Assembly: GCA_973895155.1 (NCBI GenBank)
Contig: OZ316891.1
Span: 2,409,324-2,473,323 of the forward strand
From: Marsupella aquatica
Lineage: Eukaryota > Plantae > Marchantiophyta
Direction of reading: 5' to 3'
DNA: 64,000 nt
This document shows positions 49,340 to 61,454 of the stretch, piece after piece (within the stretch, counting starts at the first letter, position 1; each line of letters starts with the position of its first letter). The position numbers and the translations under genes were made by a program. The notes beneath the pieces were generated by a model. The model saw only the letters and a program-made list of their open reading frames with translations, was not told where the DNA came from and did not search any database.

Positions 49340-49568
49340 GGGCTTCAGATTCCTAATTTGTTGAGTACATTTGGTGCTCAAAGTCCCTTATTCAACAACA
49401 AACCCTCTCTGACCACATTCCTGGTAATTATAATGTTTAGATTTATTTTTTGTCTGGGTTTCAGATTCCTAATTTGTTGAGTACATTTGGCGCTCGGATT
49501 CCCTTATGCAACACCAACCCCTCTTTGGTCACTGTCCCGGTAATAATAATTTGTAGATGTATTTTCTG
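49340..49568. repeat. ~117-bp tandem duplication
   Basis: ggg.ttcagattcctaatttgttgagtacatttgg.gctc...tcccttat.caaca.caa.ccctct twice. Confidence 0.88.
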
Positions 49569-49605
49569 CACAAACTGTAGATCGACTAACTTCACCGCGC
49601 CTTCC

Positions 49606-49683
49606 ACTAACTCGTCCAAGGTCTACTAACTCGTCCAAGGTCTACTAACTCTCGTCCAAGGTCTACTAACTCGTCCAAGGTCA
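49606..49683. repeat. 19-bp tandem repeat, 4 copies, upstream of SKA1
   Basis: actaactcgtccaaggtct four times, third copy with a 2-nt insertion. Confidence 0.92.
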
Positions 49684-49876
49684 CGTCCAGCGTTTGCGCG
49701 GCAGAAGCTCTGTCACTAGTAGAAACTCAACACAAAATTCAAATAGAATGGTCCAAACTGCAGAATCTCTCTCCATCCCCATTTCCCATTTCCCATTTCC
49801 TTCGTCACTTGTTCTCATGAATGGTGACCTCCCAATCTTGGATTTCCTGTAGGTTGTTGACTAGCACAAGATTTCT

Positions 49877-49878
<2 letters not shown>

Positions 49879-49923
<45 letters not shown>

Positions 49924-50032
49924 CCCGTGAAGCTGGTTTGGAGATGGGATCGGCTCACAGATTCATACTGAGGAGGTACCTAATTTGTCTCCACCCCCTT
50001 TCTTGATCAGTTTTTTCTTGAACGGTACCCTC

Positions 50033-50104
<72 letters not shown>
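49879..50104 (+). repeat. Two (GA)n microsatellites in the SKA1 5' region
   Basis: Pure GA runs at about 49879-49917 and 50036-50104; the second ends about 23 nt before the ATG. Confidence 0.95.
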
Positions 50105-50108
<4 letters not shown>

Positions 50109-50127
50109 TCGCAACAGCTAAGGCGAA

Positions 50128-53120
50128 ATGATGGGCTGGCAAGACAACAGCAATGACATGGCGTCACTCAGCCAGCTGATGGGAGCTTTCAATCACCGCA
50201 TTGCCGAACTTCAGCAGCTAATTCTCACTCGAGGAGGTAGGAATCCTTTTCCTGGTATGAATGCCGAGTGAAGATTTGTCATATTTGCTCACACGCAGCG
50301 GTCGTCAATTGGGTTGGAAAATGGAAGAGTGAACGGACTGCCAGCTTGCAAGAGCCCTTAGACCAGTTTGCTTCTTGTTCTTTGGACGTCTCGCTCTCGT
50401 GGCTGCTTGATAGTGCTACCGGTCTTGACTACGAAGTGTTCATTCAAGAGATTCTAGTGTATCTGACTAGATTTTGCGTATTTCAAAATTTGCTCTTCTC
50501 TTTCTGTGTTTGCCCCATGTTCTTGCTTTTTGTGTCGTGTTCGACAACTGAGATTCCCTCTGCGAGAACTGGCATGAAAGGAATAAACCTCTTTGACAAT
50601 TTTCTCACGAGATAGAAAACATGAACGCGGTGTAAGCTGCAGCAGAAAGATGATCCCCCATCTATGAGAGTGCCTAAGCGCTTCATCTTCCTCACGCCAG
50701 CTGAGGGATACCCTCTGATAGGAAGTCGTTGGATTCATCTGACTTTTGTGCGCAGGGCAAGTCGGCGAGTATTCTGCCGATTTAAGCGCCCTGGATGTCA
50801 CTGTGAGGGGCCTGGAGCAGCAGCTGCTTAAAATCAAGGCTCACTTGAAGGACGACGCCGAAACTCTCTTTAAAGCCAGGGTATATTGATTGATACCGAT
50901 TTTTTTCTCCCCAATCCAGAAACTTCGGTTCTGCTTGATTGGAATTGGCAGGAGCACTTGAACAGCTCTGTTCTGTGCAGTGGTATTCACATCTGGACGA
51001 GGTGTCCATGCGATGCAGGCCTTAAATCCCGCATTTGAAAAGCCGTTGCTTATTGTAGAACTTTGTGTCTCACTCAGTCTCAGCCTGGTTGCTCACTTGG
51101 CTTGGTCCTATTTCATCTAAAAATGCAGAGCAGAGTCCATTACACTCTGGGCGAAACAAAATAGTAAACAAGAAAAGGCTTATGAATTGTTAGATTGGGT
51201 GAAGCCCTGCGCCAAACCATTTTCTCAGTGTGTTTTTCGCGAACGCATCAGGAGGGTTTTTCGAGCATGTACAGTAAAATCCCCAAGGTTCACGTTAGGT
51301 TCTGATTTGGGTGCATTGCGGATCTTCGAGGCATCGTCATTGGAGAGATTTTCAAGGGGTTCTCAACTCTCGAAGGATGGGTTGGGGTTGGGACCGCAGA
51401 CGCTAATAGAACTTTCATCACAGCAACAGAAGAAACTCCAACAAATCTTTGCCGATCTGCCCGTGCAGTTGCCCGGTGGCGAAGTCCCATCTGAGCATCT
51501 TCCTTCTGTCAGGTGCTATGGTCTTTGATTCGATAGATGCCCTGCATGCTTAGTTGAACGTTTTGAAGCGAAGCGTTTGTATTTTCTTTCCTTTTGCTTG
51601 GAGTAAGACTCTATTCACAGTGACGCGTTCCTGACATTAGATTCCACTCTCATAGCACGATAAGCATTTCTATCTTCTGATGTTAAGGACAATACCCACT
51701 GGGCTTGATATTGGATACTTATGGTTGGCTGGACTGATGTCACATTCCTTAAGATTTGACGTGGTTTGGGGTTTTGATCCAGTGTGACGCCAGGTCATGG
51801 TGTTAATAAAGACGACCTTGCTTTCAATGGTGCACAAATAACACCGGCTACAAAGGTCAGTACACCAAATTGGACTTTTGGACATTATTTCTGTCAGTAC
51901 AAGTAGACAATGTTTTGCTGTAATTCTGGAGCTATTTAGAATTGACTCGCTCAAACTGAAAGAAATCCAAATGTCAATTTGATTCTTTTAGGGTTATCCG
52001 CTGTTTGGTAGAGCCTCAGAACTTGAACATTTGGGATGTGTAGGAAAGAAAGGGAAAAGGCCCTCCTCCACGCTGCTTTGTCAGCGCCGAAGAATTCGCT
52101 GCCCTTTCAAGGTAAATGTCAGGTTTTGTGATAACGTTTAACAAGGAGGTCCTTGTTGCCTCACTGCAAGTCCGCCGCTGCACAGCTGAGCATCGAGGTG
52201 GACATTCAATCGTTTCGCCGAACATTAGAGCGAATTCTCGCATTTTATCGAGGATGCGCGTCACGTGTTCATTCTCATAACTGGTTGTTTAAATGCTGAC
52301 AGCTATATGAGGGGCCGTCTCACCCTTGACAAGGTGAACGCTGCTATAGACGAAATGGCAACGTTTGCAGAAAGCAATGCCCGGCTTCTGACAACTCAGA
52401 GGAACAAGGTTGGTGTTGGCTTTAGCATTATCCTACCAATCGGCTGCAATGTGAAGTCTCTAGGTACCAGGGTTGCACGTTTTGAACAATACTTCCGCCG
52501 AATGTTTCTGTCTAGTAAATTTTGACCAAGTTCCATCTGTCACTGTCTCAAATCCAGCTTGGAGAGGACATGCTGCAAAAAGTCCTGGTAAGGGAATTGT
52601 TATTATTCATCTTTCTGCCGTTCTGTGAATTTTCAGCTTGCAACGATTATGTGAGGCAATTTGAATCAGTTAAAAAATAAAATAAAATAAAATTCGCAAG
52701 ATTTCCTTTGTACCTGTTCGTGGGGTTTATGATTTCCTGGAGATGTCATGTGGAATATGGTCTGTCAGGAACTTCGAGAAATTGCATATATGGACTCCGT
52801 GAAGGGAAAGTATTTTTTTATGGAGTCGGACATGCGTGGACAGACTCTTAAGATGGACAACACCGGAAAGGCTATACTTACTGTAAGTATCCTTGAACAT
52901 CTTGAAAGTGCTTCATCATGAAGACTAGTCCAGGTTATTGACTGGCCTCTATCTGTGCCACCTCAGTCCAAGTGAGATAGACCTTGGTACAATTTCCGAA
53001 GTTTGGTTTCTCGTGGTGAGAGCTTTATCATTGATTCTCTTGCAGGTCTTGCGCCACCTTGGTAGGACTTCTGAAGTTCGTGTTGGAAGACAACGGGTCT
53101 TCACGATTATGAGAGTATAA
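50128..53120 (+). CDS. SKA1: Spindle and kinetochore-associated protein 1 homolog
   Basis: 9 exons: 50128-50236, 50756-50880, 51400-51512, 51783-51855, 52044-52111, 52303-52408, 52558-52587, 52769-52882, 53046-53120. Motifs FNHRIAELQQLI, SYMRGRLTLDKVNAAIDEMA, VKGKYFFMESD, LKMDNTGKAILTVLRHLGR. Confidence 0.92.
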
Positions 53121-54710
53121 AACTATCAATATGTAGGAATACAAATGACCAGACCGCCCTGGGGCGTAGAGAATGAGTTCACCGGTAGCCACGGGAGTGC
53201 ATTTCCTTTGTTTTGGCAAACTTGAAGGGAAATCTAATATATTTTCTTCTCTTCTATATATACCATACACTGCTTCAAAGGTTTCGAGCTCTGAGTCTGG
53301 TATTGTTCGCTGGTGCTAACCTTCTGTAGCTTATCTTTGTACGGGCTGATTATTGCAGCCCAGAACAGACTGTCACAGGTAGCAGTTTGGGTAATGGTTT
53401 TTCGCTCATGTCAAAACGTTAAGTCATAGGAAGCCAAATATGGTCAAGTTGTTAGTGTAGGTGGCTTGGTTCGTTCGCACTTACATGCACGGCCTGGAGA
53501 GGCTGAAGACGAATGTGTATCATTTGCACATTTTCTAATGGAACAGTGCGGGAATGTGCTCAAATTAAAGCACAGATGGTCTAATATGAGACTGGATTAC
53601 CAAGCCTCTCATGGGAGTCGATCATTGTGCTTTGTTCAGAGTCTCTATCAACTAAATATCCTACGTGCTCCGTTTCATTTCTCGAGTGTTTAGGGTTCCT
53701 CAAAGGCCAGGGCCGCCAAGTTTTTAAGAGCTCACATGAGACGAGAGTTCAGTAGTCTCTCACACGTTTCCTGAGCAAACGGTTATGAACTCTGCTCTTA
53801 CGGAAAGTCCTCAAAATGGCCGTCCCCAGTCCAGGTGGGTGAAAGCTGATGCAATGAAGCCTGTCCGAGTATAACTGAAACGCTTATGCTCCATTTGTTG
53901 AGAAATGCTCCTACACTACTAGTTAGGGTTTCACATTGGTAGACAGAAGGTACCGACCGGGTCTGCTGCCACGACTGAGTGGGTGGTAGTTGCCAAGTCA
54001 TCTTGCAGAAGCCAGTCTGGTTTTTGCGTTATTTTGTTTAACAATGTCCGATAGAAATTTGATCAAGACCTTGAATTACCACTTACTGATCATAGACTCG
54101 TCCCGAGCAATAACTTTCGAGGAGTGAGTGACGGGCCATGGAGTTGGAACCGCCCATTTCACTAAAATTATGGTGAACAGTGTACTTTTGGAGTACTTTG
54201 GCAAGAATCTCCCGAATCTTTTTGTCAGTAAATGAGATGTGCGAAATGGGTGTCGCTGCGAAACCTGAAAAGGTTATGACCAGACGGATAGATTCGTAAT
54301 ACTGTCGACTAAACAGACAGTATATGATGGACTTGGAATTGGTTACTGTCCACAAGACCAATGCGTACTGTAACCAAGCAGACAATATTTCCCACCACCA
54401 TGAAACAGGGTAACTCACATAAAGCGCACGACATGACTTGTTGGAGTATGTCGTGTACCCACAACGCCTATAAAAATACAATGGAAGGCGAAAGCACCTT
54501 CGTTTCCAGATTGCTGCCTCGACAGCAGTCAATAAATTCTTGATCGGCCAACAGGAGAGCGATTAGCATCTGCCTGAGGTTTGACCTCGCTCTGTTTGCC
54601 TAAACTTGATTCCTACCTAAAAACCTAAATACACCGCTACACGTCAAAGAATTGCTAAAATAATGGTGCAAGGTGCCTGCACAAGTATATGACAGTCTCG
54701 CACTAAAATT

Positions 54711-57302
54711 CTACTTTTTGCCAAACAAACCAAAAACCGACTTGATCGCATTAAATGCATTTTCGTTGAGAAAAGGTTCGTCGTATTTATTTAGGACTTC
54801 GGTAAACTTTGAAGACGTCCTTAAGTTGGCCAGATCTGGATCTTCTCTGATGACCTGCAAAAAGTCCAACAAATGTAGGAATGTGAAAAGGGATGTTGAC
54901 CTGTGCTGGGCTAATACTTCAAAGAGAACATGACCATGCTAAACAATATTGCGAAAACAAGAATCAGGACTATACCTTGTAGTCGTCAAAGCCAGCCTCC
55001 ATGGCTTCTTCAAGGGCCGATAATCCTGCCTCCAACTAACCCACGACCCACGTGCTTGATTAAGCGATGGCCCGATTTGAGTTTACATACGCAAAAATTC
55101 ACCTACATTGCACAGGACAAGTGCTGGACGGAAATGCTGTTTTATTCTGCACAAGGAAGATCCAGCGGAGATAGGTACCTGCTCAAGTTTGGAGTAGCAG
55201 CAAGCAACATTATAACTGGCCACTGCAGTTTCCCTGAACTCTGGTTTAAGTCCCAAGACAGTTTCAAACCTCTCCAGTGCCTCCTGATACTTTCCAGCCC
55301 TGATGATGGCCACCCAAAAATTTAGAATTGGCAAAAAACCTGAAAAAGCAAATGTAACATTTTATCTAGATGAAAACAGTATTCTCTTCACATTGCTAAG
55401 TTGTTATCATCAGCAAAGTAATTTTGAAAACCTAAAAGGTCGGGGTTTTTCTGTGAAATGCGAATTCACGCAACAAGGTGTATGTCAAACACACTTGAAT
55501 GCCCAAGACAATTAAACTAAAGATGGTTTCGGAAACTATGTGGGATGGGTACTGGAGCCTCGGTTTAAGAGCGCTAATACGTACTTGTAAAGCTTCAGTC
55601 CCTGATTCAGCTGCTCTTCTCTTTGCTGCTTGAGCTCCTGCTTGCGCAAATAGTTCTGAATCTGTTCCATTCAGGAGACGTACCGCAATTTCTGAGACTC
55701 CTGTCCAGGCTCTCTCAACAGTAATTATGAGCAGACAAGAGCGAATATGAGGGAAACATGTAGGAAGTAAAAAATCTGAAAAGGCCCCAATATGCTATTT
55801 GTAGAGTAGGTGCTATATGATCATACGCACAACTACGTATGAAAGAAACACATGACGTGGTACTTGGACGAAAGGAGTCCATGCCTTCTTAGTGCGTATC
55901 TTCAGAATGAGAAAACAATATTGGGCATTACAAGGTTGAGGAAGTTAGAGAAACTTATGAGATTCTCGTACTTGAATTTCGCGGACAGCATCTCCAATCT
56001 GACCAGCATTTCGTTCTTTGGCAATCTGTTCAGCATTCGCCTGATCCTCACGCTTTCCTGTTGACCAATCCAGCTACCATCACTATGTAAGACTTCATTT
56101 TTCACTCCTTTCCCCAGAACAAGTCCTTTTGAAGTCGTTTACAACGTTTGCCAACCATCAGGCACGGTGTTACACCTAACCCTGGAGCTTGACAATCACT
56201 GTACCACTGGCTTCTTTCAGTATCACTGTCTTACAGCCAAAATTGAACCCGGCTAATGTGGTGTAGACGAGGAAAGTTATGACCAGTGCCGTGGAATGTC
56301 TCCTGTGTCCATTAGATGACATGTTGGAGGGATTCATGCAGTATTCTTCAGCCCAGATCCACCTGCAGCACTCTTGTGCAACATTTGTCCTGGAAGGTTC
56401 TCATTTTAGGTAGACGGTCTAAATGCTTTTTATCTTCGTGCGGGGGGCAATGTTTCACTTAATCTTTCTTCTGTACAGTTACATTTTCCCAGCACATTAA
56501 GAACTTCAGCGGGGCAATTCATCCATTCACATCTCTGACGACAAAAATGGACAAGATTCAAGCTGTCACCGTATCGCTTCTCGATTCTCATAAGGAGAGG
56601 GCCAATGCGTTGCCGAATGGTGTACATAGTGCGTCCATATTCAGCTGCTGGCCATATCTCTGTTCCGAACACTGCACTGCAGCACATATCCAACAGCTTC
56701 TACTGATGAATTTCCAGTCTTTTCCCCAAAAAGCTGAAACGACAAACGCAGGGAGAGAATGACCGGGGCTGGGGAAAATCTGCAATTGTAGGCGAGTAAA
56801 AGCTTGGACGGATGGGAAAAAGAGATTACCTGGTGGCAAGGACTTTGTCACCCACAGTGAACAATCCAGTGACATCGGCATTGCTCCCCGGCTGAATGGC
56901 ATCAATGTAAGTGCCTCCATCTGCGCCCTTGTAAAATCGCAGGCCGAACGGCTTCTCCAATTCCACCTCAAAAACCTCAGGGGAAGCAGGGGCGGCAGTG
57001 GTCTCTTCCGCCATAGCTCGTGGTGGCCCGAAGCGAGACACTTGCTGCTGCTGCTGCTGACCCACATTCCTGACGAGTACTCCTGCGCCACAATGCTGCA
57101 CACGGAGAGATTGCACTGAGCCAGCAAAGGTAGACTCGAGTCCGGCACCACCAGCACCAGCTCCACTGCCTGAGGAGTGCACCACCAAGTACGAAGAAGC
57201 GCGCGGAACTGAGGAATCAAAGCAACAAGGAGCAGCAGCAATGCTGCTAGTGAGGCAGCAGATTGTGCTCTGCTGAAATGCCAGCCCCATCATAGCTGCC
57301 AT
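54711..57302 (-). CDS. MET1: Thylakoid PDZ/K-box/TPR protein MET1 (ZKT), chloroplastic; not the DNA methyltransferase MET1
   Basis: 7 exons: 56830-57302, 56570-56676, 55972-56057, 55585-55661, 55179-55299, 54976-55035, 54711-54854. PDZ EVELEKPFGLRFYKGADGGTYIDAI..GDKVLATSAVFGTEIWPAAEYGRTMYTIRQRIGPLLM; TPR GKYQEALERFETVLG..ASYNVACCYSKL; C-terminus YDEPFLNENAFNAIKSVFG. Confidence 0.95.
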
Positions 57303-57895
57303 ACTTCAACAACAGCTGCTGAGCTGCAACACACCACACCCCAAACAAGAATTGAATCTTGTTCAACTCCCGCTCCCACAATGCAACTCAATTCTTCTGC
57401 CTCACTACTCCAGCTCAAATGCTCGAGAGATGGGGAGAATTTGGCACCCAGTTGGTTCCAAGAACACACACAGTCAGTTGTTCTCAGCAGCTGCAGCTCC
57501 AAACCCACAAACTCGGTTTGGGTGCAGCAGAGAAAAAGCGAGGGTGGGAAGATAACCTGATTGTTGAGGTCCATGAGGATTCGCTGCAGGGGCTTTCGTC
57601 CACTTACTGGAGGACGGAGTTTACTGCATTGTGGTGCAGAACCTCTCGTCTGTGTTTTGTGGCCCCACCACATATCATATCCCCCCTTTGCTTGTGATTG
57701 ATTGCGTTTCCACGTGGTCTCATTGTCAACTGAAGCTCAAAAGCTCTTTGTCTTACTCTTTTTCCCGAATGTCAATATACCAAAAGGGGTGTAATAGGAC
57801 GTCTCAAAGCATCAGAGTTGGGGATAATAGGGCATATCAAACGAGCACCATAAAAGAGATACGGCTAAAAGCCATACAACTGGAGATAGGCTAAG

Positions 57896-58040
57896 GCCAT
57901 AAATTACATTGTTTTATGTTCAGGACTTAAAGAATTACAATGCCAAGATACAAGCCCCATAAAACTGTTTTATGTGTAGGACTTAAAAAGGAATTACTGG
58001 CTACCTAAATACAAGCCCCGTAGGAATCTTATGTTCAAAA
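57896..58040. repeat. Degenerate ~60-bp tandem repeat upstream of MET1
   Basis: ccataaa..tgttttatgt..aggacttaaa..gaattac..atacaagccc twice plus a partial third copy. Confidence 0.75.
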
Positions 58041-58538
58041 AGTTTCAGCCCTTAAGGCTTTGCTTAAACCACAACTTGCCCTATATAAAGGGAAGTGTCC
58101 AAGACCTCCCCCTTTTTCCACATTTCAATCACTCTTCTCCTCTAGCATGCCAGTTTGCTCCACAATTTCAGGAAATATCTCCTTTTAATGGTAACTATGG
58201 GTAACCCGTAGCTTTTGAAGGCAGTTGTGGTTTAAGGCGATAGTTTGAGACACCCAAATGGCTTTTGGCCATAACAATTGGCCATAGCTTTTTGCATGGT
58301 TGTGTAAAAGTTTTTTTTGTTTTCTTGTGGTTTTCACTAGCCTCTAGAGTGAGTTATGGTCATGGCATTAGACCAATCTTTTATGGCAAACAGTTATGGA
58401 GTATGAATTTGGTAGTCAAGTTAAGGTCCCAAATGATTTGTTGGGCAACGTTGGAGTTTTGTTCTGCCATAATGACACAATTAATTTGCCGTTGGCGTCT
58501 TTCTTTTGTGATAAGTTCTGGTTCTTTGTGGGGGTTCA

Positions 58539-58869
58539 TGTTAAGGATTGCTCTTAGTCTTGTGACTCAAAGGTTACGGTAAGTAGGTTAACCTCAGTTA
58601 GGGACTTAGCTGAGGTTAGGTTAGTCATGTGTGACCTTGCATATACCAGGGCTAGTGTAAGCCGCTAGTATGTGGTGCTTGCTCATTGTAACGAAGCAAC
58701 TTGAGGAAGAGAGAGAGCTTGTGTGTTCGACTACTCTGAAGTAAAGTTGGAGTGTTCATGTGGACGTAGCCTTGGAGAAGAGGTGAACCACGTATGGATT
58801 GTGCCGACTACGTGAGCATGGTATGAGTCATAATTGTATCGTCATGACGGAAGACGTCATACTTCAACA
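58539..58869 (+). mobile_element. Solo LTR (Ty1/copia), 331 bp
   Basis: TGTTAAG...TTCAACA termini; perfect 5-bp TSD gttca (58534-58538, 58870-58874); shares gtggacgtag...gaggtgaaccacgta with the other LTRs in the window. Confidence 0.93.
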
Positions 58870-61454
58870 GTTCAGTGGGTTGATTTGCCCTTGAGTTCCC
58901 TTGCCTAGAGATTGGGTTTGTTTTACTTTTTCCCGCCCGGCCGGTGGAGTTGTCCTTTGTTGTTTTATGATTCTGGTGCTATGAGTTCCCCCGACTGTGG
59001 GGTTTTTGCAAGTTTAATAATTATATAAAATATCAAAGGTGATTCTGTTGGTACTTTCTAGTAATCCACTAATCTTTCACTTTTCTATACTCACGTGGAT
59101 GAGGATTCATTTGACATTGTCTACTATTTCATAAAACTGGAGACAACTTTTTTTCATTGGAAGTTCAATAGCTTCCAAAGTAGATCAATATTCCAATGTC
59201 TAGTATACATATTTGTACAATCTTCCAAGACAGAAAATGATGCTCCCATGGATCACAATGTTCATTGGTCTTTTGAAACCACCATGGACCGCATTTCCCA
59301 AAATCTGGGTTCAATTGTAATAACTTGAAATGCTCATAAAAACTAAAAAAAAGGGTTTGAGGATGTGCTAGAGGAGTAGGTAAGCTACAGTTTGATAAAA
59401 GTGACAATAAATTTTTGGCCATTTTGGTTGAGTTATTCATCATGGAATGCAGAAGGGTAAATTCTAGTAGATTAATTTTCATTGTGTTGCCTGGTATGAA
59501 GTATTAGAGCTTGTGTTTGGGCTCCTCCTTCACTAGTTGCCTAGCAGGTGCAAAACTAAAAACAATTTAAGGACTTATAATCATCAAGTTATAAGCCCAA
59601 AACTCCCATGGACCATCAACATGTGGTCCACGGGAGCATCATGTCCAACATGGAGGTCCATCCAGGCTTCACTTTCTCCAAGACATCATCATAAAAAAGG
59701 TAAATTTATTATAATAAACTGCAAGCCCAAATGATTTCATTCAAAGCTCATGTAGCTTGACAAGTTGATCCCATCATCATTTTCAACATATACTAATATA
59801 AAGTCTAGCTTGTAACACTTGCCTTTGGCATGGGTAAAATTAGTTCCCTGCCGGTCATCACACATTAAAATGTGATAATATATCACTGACTCAAAGAAAA
59901 CAAGAGGGTTTATCATGGTATGGAGTGATGTCAAACACCGTATAATTATGTCATATTTTGATGTACAATTACCGGACCCGTACAAATTGTCATATTCCAT
60001 TCTGATTGACCGGCTGGTTGTGACAAGATCTACATCAAGTATGCTTAACTTGCTCAGGGTCCCTTTGTTTTGGAATGATATGTCAACCCATATATGCTGG
60101 ACCAACCACATGATTCCTAACTGGCCCTCATCTATTTTCATTTACATTAGATGTGTACAATAAATAATTCATGCTCACTTAACTTTAGGGAGACATATAA
60201 CCCCGCATATAACTAAACAGGCTTCTGCACTATCATACCTGTCTCCTAGGACTCAATTTGATTGGGTATCCTCCTTTTAGCTTGGGGAAAAGGGTTTCAT
60301 ACATCATACCCTTATCAGGTTTGGCTCTCTCATGCCTGCACAAGAAAAATCAAGCCAAGAACACTTAATGTCAAAATTGGAACCATGGAATTTATACTTG
60401 GGTGGTAAGATGCAAGGGTTTTTTGCATCTTACCACGAGCTAATTACCAAACAGAAGCTAGAGTTGGGTCTAGGCTTCTAGAGTGACATCTCTAGCCCCT
60501 AACTCTAGGGCCCCACCAAATGTATGTGTATGGAGAGCAGAATGAGAATTGAATGTATGGATTTTTGTTATCATTCTATTGCCATTCAAAGAATGGACAT
60601 TTGTTATTGCCATTCAAAGAATGAACATTCAGGCTCATCATTCAAAAGACAAGACATGTTGTGCAATCTCACCGGTAGAGAGTATCCTGAGTTAGGTTCC
60701 TCATTTCTTCGAGGGCTATAATCCCCAAGGTTTCACAGGCCATGACCCCCTAGAGTAAGCAGACAAGTGAATATTAAAAACCACATGCTGGGGACTAAAT
60801 CCTGCCACCAACAAGAAGATTTAAATAAGGGAATCCCAAGCCAGGTTTGTTGCCAGGTTTGTGAGGGGCTTGTGTCCCATCTTAGTATACTTATAAAGCA
60901 TCAATTACAAGTTAGAGTTGGGGCCTAGTCTCCTAGAGTGAAGCCTCTAGACTTAACAGCATGACTGTCATGTGGATGGAAAAACTCATGGTCATGATAT
61001 ATGTCAAATAATAAGCATGTATGCCATTTATCATGATTTATATTTACATTAAAAATGAACTTAATTTATGGCCACCATAACATATGTGCATAGAAAGAAA
61101 AATGTGTATAGAAAAGAATATGATATACTATATATGATTATTAAAATAATTACATGTATGATTCTTTGGTGACATTATTTTGTACTCCCCACTCTTCACT
61201 TTCTTTGAAGGGGTAGTTAGGGCTAGTACGTAACCTTTAATAATGATAACACAAACTAAGGTCACGAGAAAGGTTAGAGGACATGGATGGATGCAAATCA
61301 ATCTCAAGTTCTAGATGTCATTCTGCAAGTCTGTCGAGTCCCTTCACTCGAATACTTCATACTGGGCTGGATAGGAGGTTCCATTCCAAAGGCAAATACA
61401 CGCACTAGCTGTACCAAACTCTGTCAAATTAAGGTCAAGTACATGGGTACTTAC

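Noticed and set aside
48715-49356. 213-aa ORF
   Set aside because: No recognisable domain, non-ATG start, and it runs through a retroposon tail and poly(A).
52883-52896. U12-type donor GTATCCTT in the last SKA1 intron
   Set aside because: The GTAAGT 4 nt upstream keeps the conserved frame (AILT|VLRH) and no TCCTTAAC branch site precedes the acceptor.
43496-57302. Functional cluster of thylakoid genes (PnsB1 and MET1)
   Set aside because: Two genes separated by an unrelated kinetochore gene is compatible with chance.
59100-60400. Possible gene or transposase among several 65-134-aa ORFs
   Set aside because: No motif I could recognise; left unassigned, probably decayed repeat DNA.
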